From the NCBI RefSeq assembly GCF_001194135.2, contig NC_068990.1, positions 59,996,199 through 60,050,955 of the forward strand: a stretch of DNA of 54,757 nt, written 5' to 3'. This document shows, one piece after another, positions 36,030 to 48,267 of the stretch. The position numbers and the translations under genes were made by a program. Positions within the stretch are counted from its first letter, which is position 1; each line of letters begins with the position of its first letter. This stretch comes from Octopus bimaculoides (Eukaryota). The notes beneath the pieces are model-generated. The model saw nothing but the letters and a program-made list of their open reading frames with translations, was not told the DNA's origin and did not search any database.

Positions 36030-36587
36030 TCTAATTTTGGAGGGAACCTGTGGTAGACATGAGGTGAGGTGGTGAAGCATGATCTTCAAACTTTGGGCCC
36101 CACAGAGGCAATGACTAGTGACTGAGACCTTTGGCGACATGCAGTGTTTGAGAAGACCTGTCAAGCCAAGTGAAATCGTAGTTGTGGCTGATGTTGGTGT
36201 TACATAACTGGCACCCATGATGGTAGCACGTAAAAGGCACCTTTCAAACGTTGGGCTTCACGGAAGCAAAGTGGCTGATGTCAGTGGCACATGAAAAGCT
36301 CCTTTCGAGTGTTGGGCCTCATGGGGACCCAACACTCGAAAGGACCTTTTGACATTATGTCAGACTTGAGAAGACCCATCAAGCCAAGTAAAATCGCAGT
36401 CGTGGCACATACTCGTGTCACACAAATAGTACCAGTGCTGGTGGCATGTATAAACAACCATTACACTTAGGAAGGGCATCCAGGCATAGAAACCATGCCA
36501 AATCAAACTGGAGTCTGGTGCAGCTTTTCAGCTTGCCAACCCTGGTCAAATCATCCAACCTATGCCACTATGGACAACAGATGCTAA

Positions 36588-36620
<33 letters not shown>
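36030..36620 (+). mobile_element. RTE LINE 3' end (C-terminal ORF remnant, UTR, (GAT)n tail)
   Basis: EGTCGR...EVVKHDLQTLGPTEAMTSD*DLWRHAVFEKTCQAK*, then UTR and (GAT)n. Confidence 0.85.
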
Positions 36621-36622
<2 letters not shown>

Positions 36623-36927
36623 AGAGGATGTTGTTATGGACAGATCTTGTCTATAAATTTGACTGACAATCCTGTTAGATTTCATTAGCAAAAAATATTT
36701 ACATCAGTTGGCAAAGACTTAGAAGTGATCAAGTATGTATCTGGAAACTGAGGGGAGAAAAGTGATTCTGGTTCTAAATATCAACAATACGGCTGAGAGA
36801 AAATACCTTGAGGAGTTAGTCAGTATGACACTAACATTCACATACAAACATAAACAGTCTGACAAGACACACACGCATACTATATGTTTATCGATACATA
36901 TGCATATAAACATTTCTGCATGTGTAT

Positions 36928-36959
<32 letters not shown>

Positions 36960-37574
36960 NNNNNNNNNNNNNNNNNNNNNNNNNNNNNNNNNNNNNNNNN
37001 NNNNNNNNNNNNNNNNNNNNNNNNNNNNNNNNNNNNNNNNNNNNNNNNNNNNNNNNNNNNNNNNNNNNNNNNNNNNNNNNNNNNNNNNNNNNNNNNNNNN
37101 NNNNNNNNNNNNNNNNNNNNNNNNNNNNNNNNNNNNNNNNNNNNNNNNNNNNNNNNNNNNNNNNNNNNNNNNNNNNNNNNNNNNNNNNNNNNNNNNNNNN
37201 NNNNNNNNNNNNNNNNNNNNNNNNNNNNNNNNNNNNNNNNNNNNNNNNNNNNNNNNNNNNNNNNNNNNNNNNNNNNNNNNNNNNNNNNNNNNNNNNNNNN
37301 NNNNNNNNNNNNNNNNNNNNNNNNNNNNNNNNNNNNNNNNNNNNNNNNNNNNNNNNNNNNNNNNNNNNNNNNNNNNNNNNNNNNNNNNNNNNNNNNNNNN
37401 NNNNNNNNNNNNNNNACACATACACACACACTCTTATTATTAAAGCTGCAAAGACATCACAAAAATATCACGAAAACTGTGATATTTTTGCAGCTTTAAT
37501 AATAAAGCATATTACTCTACCTCCGGTATTCAAGTACTATTTTGCCAACATTGCTTCACATTTATGTCCTTACT

Positions 37575-37611
<37 letters not shown>

Positions 37612-37869
37612 GAGTAATGAGAGAGAGAAAGAGAGAGCTAGAAAGGGAGAGAAAGAGAGAGCTAGAAAGGGAGAGAAAGAGAGAGAGAGAGACAAAGAGA
37701 GAGAAAGGGAGATGGAACCACTCACAAGGCTTTGGTTGGCCAAAGGTTATAGTGGATGAATGTTGCACAAGGTGTCACACAGTGAGACCAAAACCAGAAA
37801 CAGAGAGAGACAGAGTCTCACATATGTGAGTTAAACAATTTCAACCAGGTAAGATTATTCTAGCAATAA

Positions 37870-37941
37870 GAAAGGCGGAAGATGGAAGATACAAGAATGT
37901 TTATTGATAAGCATTCTTGTATCTTCCATCTTCCGTCTCTC
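37870..37941. other. 72-nt near-perfect palindrome/hairpin
   Basis: cggaagatggaagatacaagaatg pairs perfectly with cattcttgtatcttccatcttccg (24 bp), extended inward and outward by further pairs including G-U. Confidence 0.85.
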
Positions 37942-38056
37942 GCATTATTCAAGTACCCAATGAACACTATGAAAGTGAACATGCTTTACCGGTAAGCTAT
38001 TAGGTGTATACCATATGATTTGTTATCTAATACATATATATACACACACACACACA

Positions 38057-38545
38057 CAAGGGGTGTATGAAAAGTTTTGAGCCTAATCTAGAAACGAGGC
38101 TGCTAGGTAGCTGAAACAATATTTTCTGGTAAGTACAGTCTTTTCGGAGTATTCTTGCTCATTTTCATGATTCTGATATTTAAATTTTTTTTGTTGCAAA
38201 TTTTTGAAAAAACAAGTGTCAAGGTTACAAGAAAAATGGACAAAACTGAAAATTGTGCTGTCATAAACTATCTTCATTTGAAAGGCATGACTCCATCAGA
38301 AATCCATGAAGATATGGTGAGAACCTTAACAGACAATGCTCCTTCATATGCTGGGTAAATGAATTCTAGCGTGGCAGGGAGAGTGTGGAAGATGATCCCA
38401 CACCAAGGAGACCTCCAGCTGCAACCACCGAGGACAACAATTGTCCTTGCTCTTGGTATGATAATGCAAGATCGTCGAATATCATGTTGTCAGATAGCCA
38501 AGAGACTGGGCATCTGAATTGAAAGAGCAGACAACATTGTGCAGA
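38057..38545 (+). mobile_element. Mariner 5' half (TIR plus N-terminal HTH), 3'-truncated
   Basis: aggggtgtatgaaaagttttgagcct TIR-like start; MDKTENCAVINYLHLKGMTPSEIHEDMVRTL...WVNEF*RGRESVEDDP...DRRIS..QIAKRLGI. Confidence 0.85.
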
Positions 38546-38780
38546 CGACATATATATATATATATAAATGTGTATCACCTCTTGACTACTGGTGTTGGTG
38601 TGTTTATGAGACCAATGGGATAAGTACCAGGCTTTAAAATGAATTAAGTAACGAGGTTGATTCATTCAACTAAAATTCTTTAAGGCATCACCTCAGCATG
38701 GCTGCTGTTTAATGACTGAAACAAGTGAGAGACAAAGGATATAATATATATAAATACATACACACAGATATACATACAGG

Positions 38781-38848
<68 letters not shown>

Positions 38849-39629
38849 CATACATATACATATATATAAATATAAATATGTATATGCACATGCATGCATA
38901 CATACCTGTGAACCTCTGTTTGGTGCATATATTAATTATAACTTTCTTTGTAAAAATAGATATATATGTCTTTTATTTCATATAAGATATTATTTTCGCA
39001 TCTGTATTCCTTGTTTCCATGCCAGACTTCTTTCATCTATATCAGTAAAATCTAATGCCTTAACAACAAAAGTATCACAAATGCAATAACGGGCACAAAA
39101 AAAAAACAAACAAAAAAAAACGCTTCAACAGAAAATAATGATACACTCTTCTTTTTTTTTTTTTGTTTAGTAGTCCCAATCTTATTTTTTTGCATTGCGG
39201 GCAATAAAATAAGAAAATCAGTTTAAAAAGACCCACAAAAACAATTTCCTTTCTTGCCAGCTTCTATCTCAAAGAAATATATTTGCATAATAGAATGGTC
39301 ATCAGGAAGAATTGTATCCTCAATCATGACAAGAGAAACCTAATCTGTCTGCTATAGTCCACATAGTCCATTAATTTCATGAAAAATAAAGAACGTGGCA
39401 TCAATTTGCCTGTAGGGTTAATATTTCTAAGAGAAACATAAAACATACAGGATTACATTTTTCAGTTCCATATATTTGATTACAGATACATGCATATTTT
39501 ATTTTATATCAAGTAACTCCGATAACCATATTTATTCATGTCTTTGCCCCACTTCTTCAACACTAAATTTCAAATATTTTTTACACTCTTTTTTTTATAC
39601 CAATATTTCCTTCTTATACTTGACTCTTA

Positions 39630-40150
39630 AATGCTTCATCTCCCTCTCTCTTTCTTTCTGTCTCTGTCTCTCTCTCTCTCTCTCCAACTCCCTCTCTTCA
39701 TCATTCATTTCTGTCTTACTTTGACTTTGCAATCTTTTCTTAATTTGCTCTCTTTTTCATTGTCTCTCTTCTGTCTGTCTTTTTCTCAGCTTTTCATTTC
39801 TTCTTATTTCCATCTTTTTCTTTTTCTTTCTCTTTACCAATAATTCCTTGTTTCTTCCTCAATTTCTATCAATCTCTCTCTTTACCATTCTTTATCATCC
39901 TAGTTTTCTTTTTCTATTTCTTCTCTAATATAAGCTCTTTTTCTCTCTTTTCCACCATGTGCTGCTTATCTTTCTCACTTTTCCTTTTCTTACTTTTCCT
40001 CTTTATTCCAATTTACTTTTCCTTCTCTCCTTCTCTCCCTCCCCTCCCTCCTTCTCTCTCTCTCCCTCCCTCTTTATCCTCCTGTCCCCCCTCTCTATTT
40101 CTCATTCTATTGGTTTCTTATTCTCTCTCTTTCCTTTGCAGAATTTCCAC
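39630..40150. repeat. Polypyrimidine (CT-rich) low-complexity tract
   Basis: Roughly 500 bp dominated by C and T on the + strand. Confidence 0.85.
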
Positions 40151-40938
40151 TAACAATCCTGTAAGTCACAATATTTCTAACAATTTTTTTTCCCTTCGAT
40201 CTTCAAAGATATCATATTACATTGTTTCTTTCTATTTTTTTCTAATAATTTACATATCAAAATTTATCCTAGAGGCTTCTATAATAGTTGTTTACAATAA
40301 TCTTTGAATAATCTCACAGCTTCAATTTAACTCTTTAATTTATATAACTGAAACCTGTGGCTATTTTTAAATATTTCAACTTGATATCAAATAAGCCAAA
40401 GAACAATGGCTCCCACAAATTCTGGAAATTCAACAACTCTATTAATGCAAAAAAAAAAAAAAAAAAAAAAAAGAAAGGAAAAGCAAACACACACAACAAA
40501 AAAAAAATGCATAGATTATCCTATATTTTTTTATATATTTATTTTGTGATATTCAAACAGAATATTTCTGAGGAAAATTTGTTTATGATCTATAGTTTAC
40601 CAGTATCATTCTCTGAAATGTTTTATTCAATATATTTAAATATTCACATATTAAATTATAAAAATTATGACTGAACAGATTACAATTATCAAGCAGTGTA
40701 TATTTTTCTCTTAAGCATTCACTAATTATCCACTCAGCATGACACGAAATGCAATAGATATATCAAATCTTTGTGAAGATATTCTATACCATGGGAAACA
40801 TAACATAAATAATGTATTGTATATGATATGAATAATACAACAGTCTAGTTCGCATTTGTTTTATAGTACAATAGAAAAGAGGAAAGTGGTCTTGTTAGAG
40901 TGTTGTGTGGATGGAATAGACAAACTGGAAGCTCAGAG

Positions 40939-41499
40939 CAGTGGCTCTCAACCATTCATTATCTATAGACCCCTTTGATTACTATTTCATTCTGGTGGAC
41001 CTCTATAGCCATTTGCTGTTTAAGCCTTTAACATTTAAACTAGACATATCCAGCCCAAATATTCCATCCACTTTATGTTCAAACTGGCCAGATCGTGCCT
41101 CTCACACCTAGCCTGTTATGTCATTTTAAAATTAAGCAATCACATCTATGAAAATCTCAAAGCTACAAGGTAATACATGATGAATTTTTAAAAATGTGAA
41201 TAAATAAGTTTCACACTTGATGAAGTAATCTGAATGCTAAAGGGTTAAAAACTTATAGATAGTCTTGTAGATACTTCTTTCAAAATTCCTCTTTTGTTTT
41301 TTCAAACATTAACTTGTTGAACTGTGTTAAACATTAGAGAAAGACACCTAGCTGTTGCTTGCAATAAATACATCCAAATCAAATTTTTTCCATGGACCCC
41401 AATTTACTATTTTGCTTGCATGCCCCACCACCACCACCACCACTAAAAAAATCTTATATGGGCCTCTGGGGCCATATAGACCCTAGTTGAGAACCAGTG
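40939..41499. mobile_element. hAT (Charlie-like) MITE
   Basis: Ends cagtggctctcaac and gttgagaaccagtg. Confidence 0.65.
41024..41244. mobile_element. piggyBac-like MITE nested in the hAT MITE
   Basis: TTAA-gcctttaacatt ... aatgctaaaggg-TTAA: TTAA on both sides and CCCTTT-type TIRs. Confidence 0.75.
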
Positions 41500-41507
41500 A
41501 TCTAATG

Positions 41508-41695
41508 CAGTGCTCTCCAACCATTTTTTCATTTGCAGTACACTTATATTCTTTTTAAAATTTTGGTGGCACACCTGAACTAAAGATGTAACTTAAACTA
41601 TAGGGAAAAAAATTATATTGAGGTTACACTGTGGCACACTTAGCATTGTTTCGTGGTGCATCAGTGTGCCATGGCATACCGGTTGTGGAGCACTA
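41508..41695. mobile_element. Second hAT-like MITE, 8 bp after the first
   Basis: Ends cagtgctctccaacc and ggttgtggagcacta; flanks atctaatg and gtctagag resemble the NTCTAGAN target. Confidence 0.65.
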
Positions 41696-41773
41696 GTCTA
41701 GAGGTATATAGTAGCAATATAAAATTTTGTTTCAATGCAACATTTATCCCAAGGTGCTAGATCTACCTTGGAC

Positions 41774-41929
41774 AGGAGTGGCTATGTGGTAAGTAGCTTG
41801 CTTACCAACCACATGGTTCCGGGTTCATTCCCACTGTGTGGGACCTTGGGCAAGTGTCTTCTACTATAGCCTCGGGCCGACCAAAGCCTTGTGAGTGGAT
41901 TTGGTAGACGGAAACTGAAAGAAGCCTGT

Positions 41930-41986
<57 letters not shown>

Positions 41987-42187
41987 TTGTGTGTCTGTGT
42001 TTGTCCCCCCAACATCGCTTGACAACCAATGCTGATGTGTTTATGTCCCCGTAACTTAGCAGTTCGGCAAAAGAGACCGATAGAATAAGTACTAGGCTTA
42101 CAAAGAATAAGTCCTGGGGTCGATTTGCTTGACTAAAGGCGGTGCTCCAGCATGGCCACAGTCAAATGACTGAAACAAGTAAAAGAG
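41774..42187 (+). mobile_element. Full-length, little-diverged SINE family B
   Basis: A box tggctatgtgg (41779), B box ggttcattccc (41822), internal (TA)n(TG)n, tail ...aaatgactgaaacaagtaaaagag. Confidence 0.9.
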
Positions 42188-43119
42188 TACAGTGACATAT
42201 GACAAATTGCAGAGTGTTTGAATATGTGTGACTACAAATATTCAAAAAGTTAACAAAAAGCCTGGCCACATGTAAAACGTCATTAAAAATGTAATCATAT
42301 TGAACGAGATATTAGAAGGTTTAAGTGTATGAAGTTAGGCTACTATTATTATTCACTCTCTGATCAATGCCAACCTTAACCAAGCTGATCCATGATGAAA
42401 CGTTTGCAAGTCAATGACCATATTGTCTTTTTTTAGAAGTATCTAGGAATATATTATTCGGTGTGTCCGTCCTTTTTTGTAAAGAATAGTAGGGGTATGA
42501 TTTCAAGGAGATTTGGTTGCTATTTCTAGTGGATTGAGCAACAGCATAGAAACTTCTTTATATTCAGTGTGCCTGTCCCTTTTTAAAAAAACAAAAACAA
42601 AAAATGGATATGATTTCAAGGAGATTTGGTTGCTATTTATAGTGGATCAAGCAGCAACATAAATACTTCTTTGTTTCACACAATAAGAAGCAAGTTAATA
42701 GATAAAGTTTCACTACAACTAGGATGTAGATACTCTGTAACTAGAAATTTTCGGTAATGTTTAAACAATGTTTGTGAGGAAAATTTGTATATGATCTATA
42801 GTTTACTAGTAACACTCTGAGAAATGTTTTATTCAGTATATTTAAATGTCTACATACTGAATCATAAATTTTTGACTGAACTAGAATCTGTTATGGTGTA
42901 AGTATAATGGGGTTATTTGTTGCAGTTATCTTGTAATAAGAATTCAGTTACTAGATACTGTTACAATGTCGCTTGGATGTAGTTACAAGATATAGTTACT
43001 CTGTAACTAGAATGTACAATATGTACTTATATATAATTTGCAACACTAATTTTGGGATATGAAACCCCGGAACAAAAGGTTTCTCATGTACAATATGCAA
43101 AGAGTTTTTACAAGTATCA

Positions 43120-43460
43120 TAAAATACTTAGTGACCCTGTTGGTGCTGGTACCACATAAAAATCACTGGTGATAGTGCCACATAAAAAGCACTGGTGATG
43201 GTACCACATAAAAAGCACTGATGCTGATGCCGTGTGAAAAATACTAGTGATGGTGTCATGTAAAAAGCTTTCATCTTCCATGCTGGCATGGTTTGGATGG
43301 TTTAACAGAAGCTGGCAAGCCAGAGAGCTGTGCCAGGTTCCATTGTTTGCTTTTGGCATGGTTTCTACAGCAGGATGCACTTCCTAATGCCAACTACTTT
43401 ACAGAGTATACTGAGTGCTTTGTATGTGACACCAGCACTGGTGCTTTTTATATGGCACCA
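43120..43460. mobile_element. Two RTE UTR fragments in opposite orientation
   Basis: gtaccacataaaaagcac repeats (+) abut a catgctggcatgg...ggatgcacttcctaatgcc tail (-). Confidence 0.65.
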
Positions 43461-44230
43461 ACACCAGAGGGGTTGCCAAATAATTTACAAGACAAAGACT
43501 TCTTGGCTGAGAGAGGGAGCAGCACCAAGGAAAGTGACTTTGTGCCAGGTGTGAGATTAGAGTATAATAGAGGGATAAAGATAGGTGACTTACTATAGGC
43601 GAGATATTTGGCTACTCTAGTAGGAAAAGTAAAGAGAAAAAGGAGAGATAGAATTAGAGAGAAACATAGAGAGAGACAGTCAGAGTGAAGGTGAGAGAGA
43701 GCAAAATAGATGGCGCTGAAGATACATCAGAGATAGGGAAAGCAACCTACATTAAACAGTGGGGAGAATATAAGTGGTACAGAGGGGACAGAGAGGGATG
43801 TTTTATAAGAGTGTGAGGGGTAATGTTTAGAGATGGGGAAGAGATAACTGCAGCAAGCGATGGTGAGAGAAATTGGAGTGGCCGGTTGTGGGTGGGTGTG
43901 GTAGATATGTGAGGGCATGGGAAGTGTGTAGATAGGCCCATGAAGGGATTAAATAAATATAACTGATAAGTCATGATCAGCAAACTAAAATGCCTGCACA
44001 TTATGATACTAGCTCTATGACAGATAGAATATAACTTTAACCATGTCTATAGAGATTAGTAAGAAGCACTCTTATTTCAACATTTTAAAAGTGTTGAGAT
44101 TTGCTTGAGACATTGTAATAAAGAGGTAGAATAATGACTGAAATGAGAGATAAGGAAAGCTTCTAACAATGCATTTGGGGAGCTATCCAAGACGGCAGGA
44201 TCTATGTTAACATACATTTCCTTGACTGTA

Positions 44231-44270
44231 TTCTTCTGAAGATAGGCCTTTGTGCCTGAAATATAAGAGG
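44231..44270 (+). ncRNA. Candidate minimal type I hammerhead with intact core
   Basis: ttctt-CTGAAGA-t-aggc-ctttgt-gcct-GAAA-t-ATA-agagg; stem I weak; lies inside a 36-bp inverted repeat (44136-44171 / 44289-44324). Confidence 0.5.
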
Positions 44271-45149
44271 ATTTTCAAAAACTTTCTTCATTGTCAGAAG
44301 CTTTCCTTATTTTTCATTTCATTCATTTGATTTTATGTTTCTTGCAGATGTGGACCTCTGACTAAATGTCGAGATTTAAGAGCCAAGAGCTGCAGCAAAT
44401 AGGTAGCATAGCTAGTTGAAATGCAACTAAATTATTTCGTAACTTCTAAGTGTTTAAGTGACTGCTTTTTGAATTATTTTCCAATCATCAGTATTATAAA
44501 TGTGTACAGTAATCAGTTGCATAAATGTACTGCAACACCACCACCACCACCACCACCACCACTACCACCACCACCACCACCANNNNNNNNNNNNNNNNNN
44601 NNNNNNNNNNNNNNNNNNNNNNNNNNNNNNNNNNNNNNNNNNNNNNNNNNNNNNNNNNNNNNNNNNNNNNNNNNNNNNNNNNNNNNNNNNNNNNNNNNNN
44701 NNNNNNNCCACCATCACCACTGCCACCACCGCCACCGCCACCACCCCACCACAATTTAACGTCTGTTCTTCATTCTAGCATAGGTCGGAGGGTTTGACAG
44801 GAGCTGGCAAACTGGAAAGCTGTACCAGTTGTCTGTTTGGTATGGTTTCTGTGGCTGGATGTTCTTCCTAATGCCAACCATTTTACAGAGTGTACTGGGT
44901 GCTTTAAACATGGCATGGACATGGGCAACTATTACATGGCACTAGCTTGAATGCTTTTACATAGCACTGGCAACCAATGACTTTTGAAACTTAACTTGGG
45001 CAGAAATATATAGTTTGAAAACTATTAAAACAACACCAACTAACTCTTTACTAGTAATTGCTTTTATACACATTATATGAGTAACCATTTGTCAATGTGC
45101 ATTTGTTGCATAAACACTATGTAAGTAATCACGTGTTAAATAATCAACA

Positions 45150-45647
45150 CAACTTTTCACTCTTTATTGGAAACATTTGAACAGCTACAAAGTTTCTATA
45201 GTACATGAGGAGTTTTAAACATGATGAAAGATTTACCAGATCGAATTAAACTGACATTAACATGTCAAGGTTTGGACAATAAGTTAAGGTACAAAGACAA
45301 TAGTGAAATTATTGTATTTGACTGGAGTAGATTTGCAACAAAATTATTTCTTGCAGATGTAAAGCTTCTAGTAGAAGCTGTAAGATTCATCAACAGTTAG
45401 AGGATGTCATGTCAAATCTGTAGGCTGCATTAAGAACAAAGCTCATGATATCTATTACTGTGGCCATAGGAGAGAGAAGATTTAGTAAACTTAAGCTTAT
45501 AAAACATTTATTATGGTCTTCGATGACATAAGACAGATTAAATTCTTTGGCAGTTTTGTCAATAGAAAACAATATTGCAAAAGAGATAGATAGAGAAAGT
45601 GTTAGGGAAACATTTGCAGATAAAAAGTCAAGAAAAATGCTTTAGCT
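45150..45647 (+). mobile_element. hAT transposase C-terminal remnant (dimerisation domain)
   Basis: ALRTKLMISITVAIGERRFSKLKLIKHLLWSSMT*DRLNSLAVLSIENNIAKEID...FADKKSRK* matches the ERSFSKLKLIK..LRSTM..ERLN.LA.LSIE motif. Confidence 0.9.
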
Positions 45648-46288
45648 AGAATGTTATATATATTTCCATGTGTTCTTTTGTTCATATTTTTTGATTTACA
45701 AGGAAGAATTTGTGATGTTTACAGGAGATCAGTGAGATAGTTTAAACTTTCTCCTACTCATCCATCAACCCTTGTGTTTGTTAGTAATAAAACTGTGTCA
45801 AGATTATTGCCAGATTTCAATACATAATCTGCTCCAGGTTGCTCAGCGGTAGAAAATGAGTTGCGATATCACTGGTGTTAAGTTGTATCAGCCTTTGTCT
45901 GGACAACATTGGTGGCATGGACAAGGGAATCTGGTATGCATGGGTGACTGCTGGTCTTCCACAAACATCCTTGCCTGGACTTGTGCCTCAGAGGAGAATT
46001 TTCTAAGTGCAATCCCATGGTCATTTTTGACCGAAGGGTGTCTTTGCTTTACTTTATTACAATACATAACAACTAACTAACAAATTTGGTGGTGCATAAT
46101 AATTATCTTTTATTTTCTAATTGTTCAGACATTGGACTGTGACTATGCTGGGACAGTCTTGAAAGGTTTCACTTATCTGTTTAAGCCTGATACTTATTAT
46201 GTTAGGCTCTTATGGGGATATAAACAAACCAACACTGGTTGTTAAGTGATGGTGGGGGGACAAACACAAAGACAGAGATGCATATATA

Positions 46289-46400
<112 letters not shown>

Positions 46401-47395
46401 ATTTATAAGGAAGAATTTGTGATGTTTACAGGATATCATTAACACTGTTCAGAGTCTGATGCGCCATCCATAAAGCTAAGTGCTTTACGGATGTGAAACC
46501 ATTGGTTACTCTATGACAGTACATATATTTCAGTGCATGTAAATACATTACTGCTCTATGCTTTAGAGTGTGCTTCTTTTTCGGATATATGACCCACTGA
46601 CGATATATATATATATATAAATATATGCAGTGCTCCTGCATGGCCACAGCCTTTGGGCTGAAACAAATAAAAGAATTAATTATATACATAGATGTGCATG
46701 CATATGCGTGTGCGTGTGTGTGCATGTGTGTGTGTGTGTGTGCATGTGTGTGTGTGTGTGAGTGTGTGTGTATGAGTGTGTGTATGTATACAATGGATTT
46801 CTTTCTGCCAAATCTACTCATAATGTCTTGGTCAGCCTGAGGCTAGTAGAAGACAATTGTCTGAGGTGTCATGCAGTGGGATTGAACCTCGAACCAGGTG
46901 ATTGAGCAAACTTCTTACCACACAGCCATCACACCTGTGCCTACTGTTAGCAGAAAAAGCTGACTCTATGTAATAATTAACTGGAGCAATGTGTTAATAT
47001 TATAATTAAATCTCAACTGCCTGAGTGTAAAAAGCAAAAACAAAATATATAAAGAAATCTTAACTGAGAATATAAAGTCCTAAACCAACATATAGGAATG
47101 CTTCTAGCAGAAAGCAAGTTCATTCTTAACTGTTGCTGTTTATACTTTGTCTTTGCTGGTTCTCAATGGATCAACAGTAATAAAAGTGAAGTAACAAAAA
47201 TATTTTAATAAGTAGCAAACTGACAGGTGAGCTATCATTATCTATAGGTGAGCTATCATTATCTACAGTGTTTATATAGATTTCTTAATGAAATCATCTC
47301 CTGAGCTCATCTGTCACTAAGGAGGAAAACAAACATTGATTTATCAATGATGATATTGATTTCTTACCTAACTGTAAGGCCACAAATTTACTGAA

Positions 47396-47429
<34 letters not shown>

Positions 47430-47511
47430 TGTGTGTGGGTGGGTGGATGGATGGATGGAGAGGAGAAATAATATTGCATGAATAGAAAGATATTACATAT
47501 GATAATGATTT

Positions 47512-48194
47512 CAAATTATGGCACAAGGCCAGAAATTTCAAGGGAAGGTGTTAAGCTGATTACATCAACCCCCAGTGTTTTACTGGTACTTATTTTATAA
47601 TCCCTGAAAAGATGAAAGGCAAAGCTGACTTCAGTGGGATTTGAACTCAGAAGGTCAAAGCTGATGAAATGTCACTAAGCACTTTGCTTGGCATGATAAA
47701 GATGCTGCCAGCTTGCTTCCTTATTACCTGTGATAGTAATGATTTCAAATTTTGGCACAAGGCCAGTAATTTTAGGGGAGAGGAAAGTCAATTACATTGG
47801 CCCCCCCAGTATTTAACTGGTACTTATTTTATCACACCCGAAAGGATGAAATTCAAAGTTGACCTCAGCAGAATTTGAACACAGAATGTAAAAATGGACG
47901 AAATACTGCTAAGCATTTTGCACAGCATGCTAATAATCCTGCCAGCTCATCACCTTCATTTTTGTCATAATAGGGATTTCAAATTTTGGCACAAGGCTAG
48001 CAATTTCGGAGAAGGGCTAAATCAATTACATCAACTCCAGTGTTTAACTGGTACTTATTTCTATAAACCCTGAAAGGATGAAAGGCAAAGTTGACATCAG
48101 TGGAATTTGAATTCAGAATCTAAAGACAGATGAAATTTCACTTAGCTTTTTGTCTGGTGTGCTAACAATTCCACCAGCTTGTCACCTTATTACC

Positions 48195-48267
<73 letters not shown>

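Noticed and set aside
44348-44402. Plus-strand exon-like segment after a strong pyrimidine tract
   Set aside because: The only open frame ends in TAG at the donor, and the pyrimidine tract is part of the inverted-repeat arm.
47225-47266. 20-bp tandem duplication aggtgagctatcattatct
   Set aside because: Simple slippage-type duplication; the donor-like GTGAG has no upstream exon candidate.
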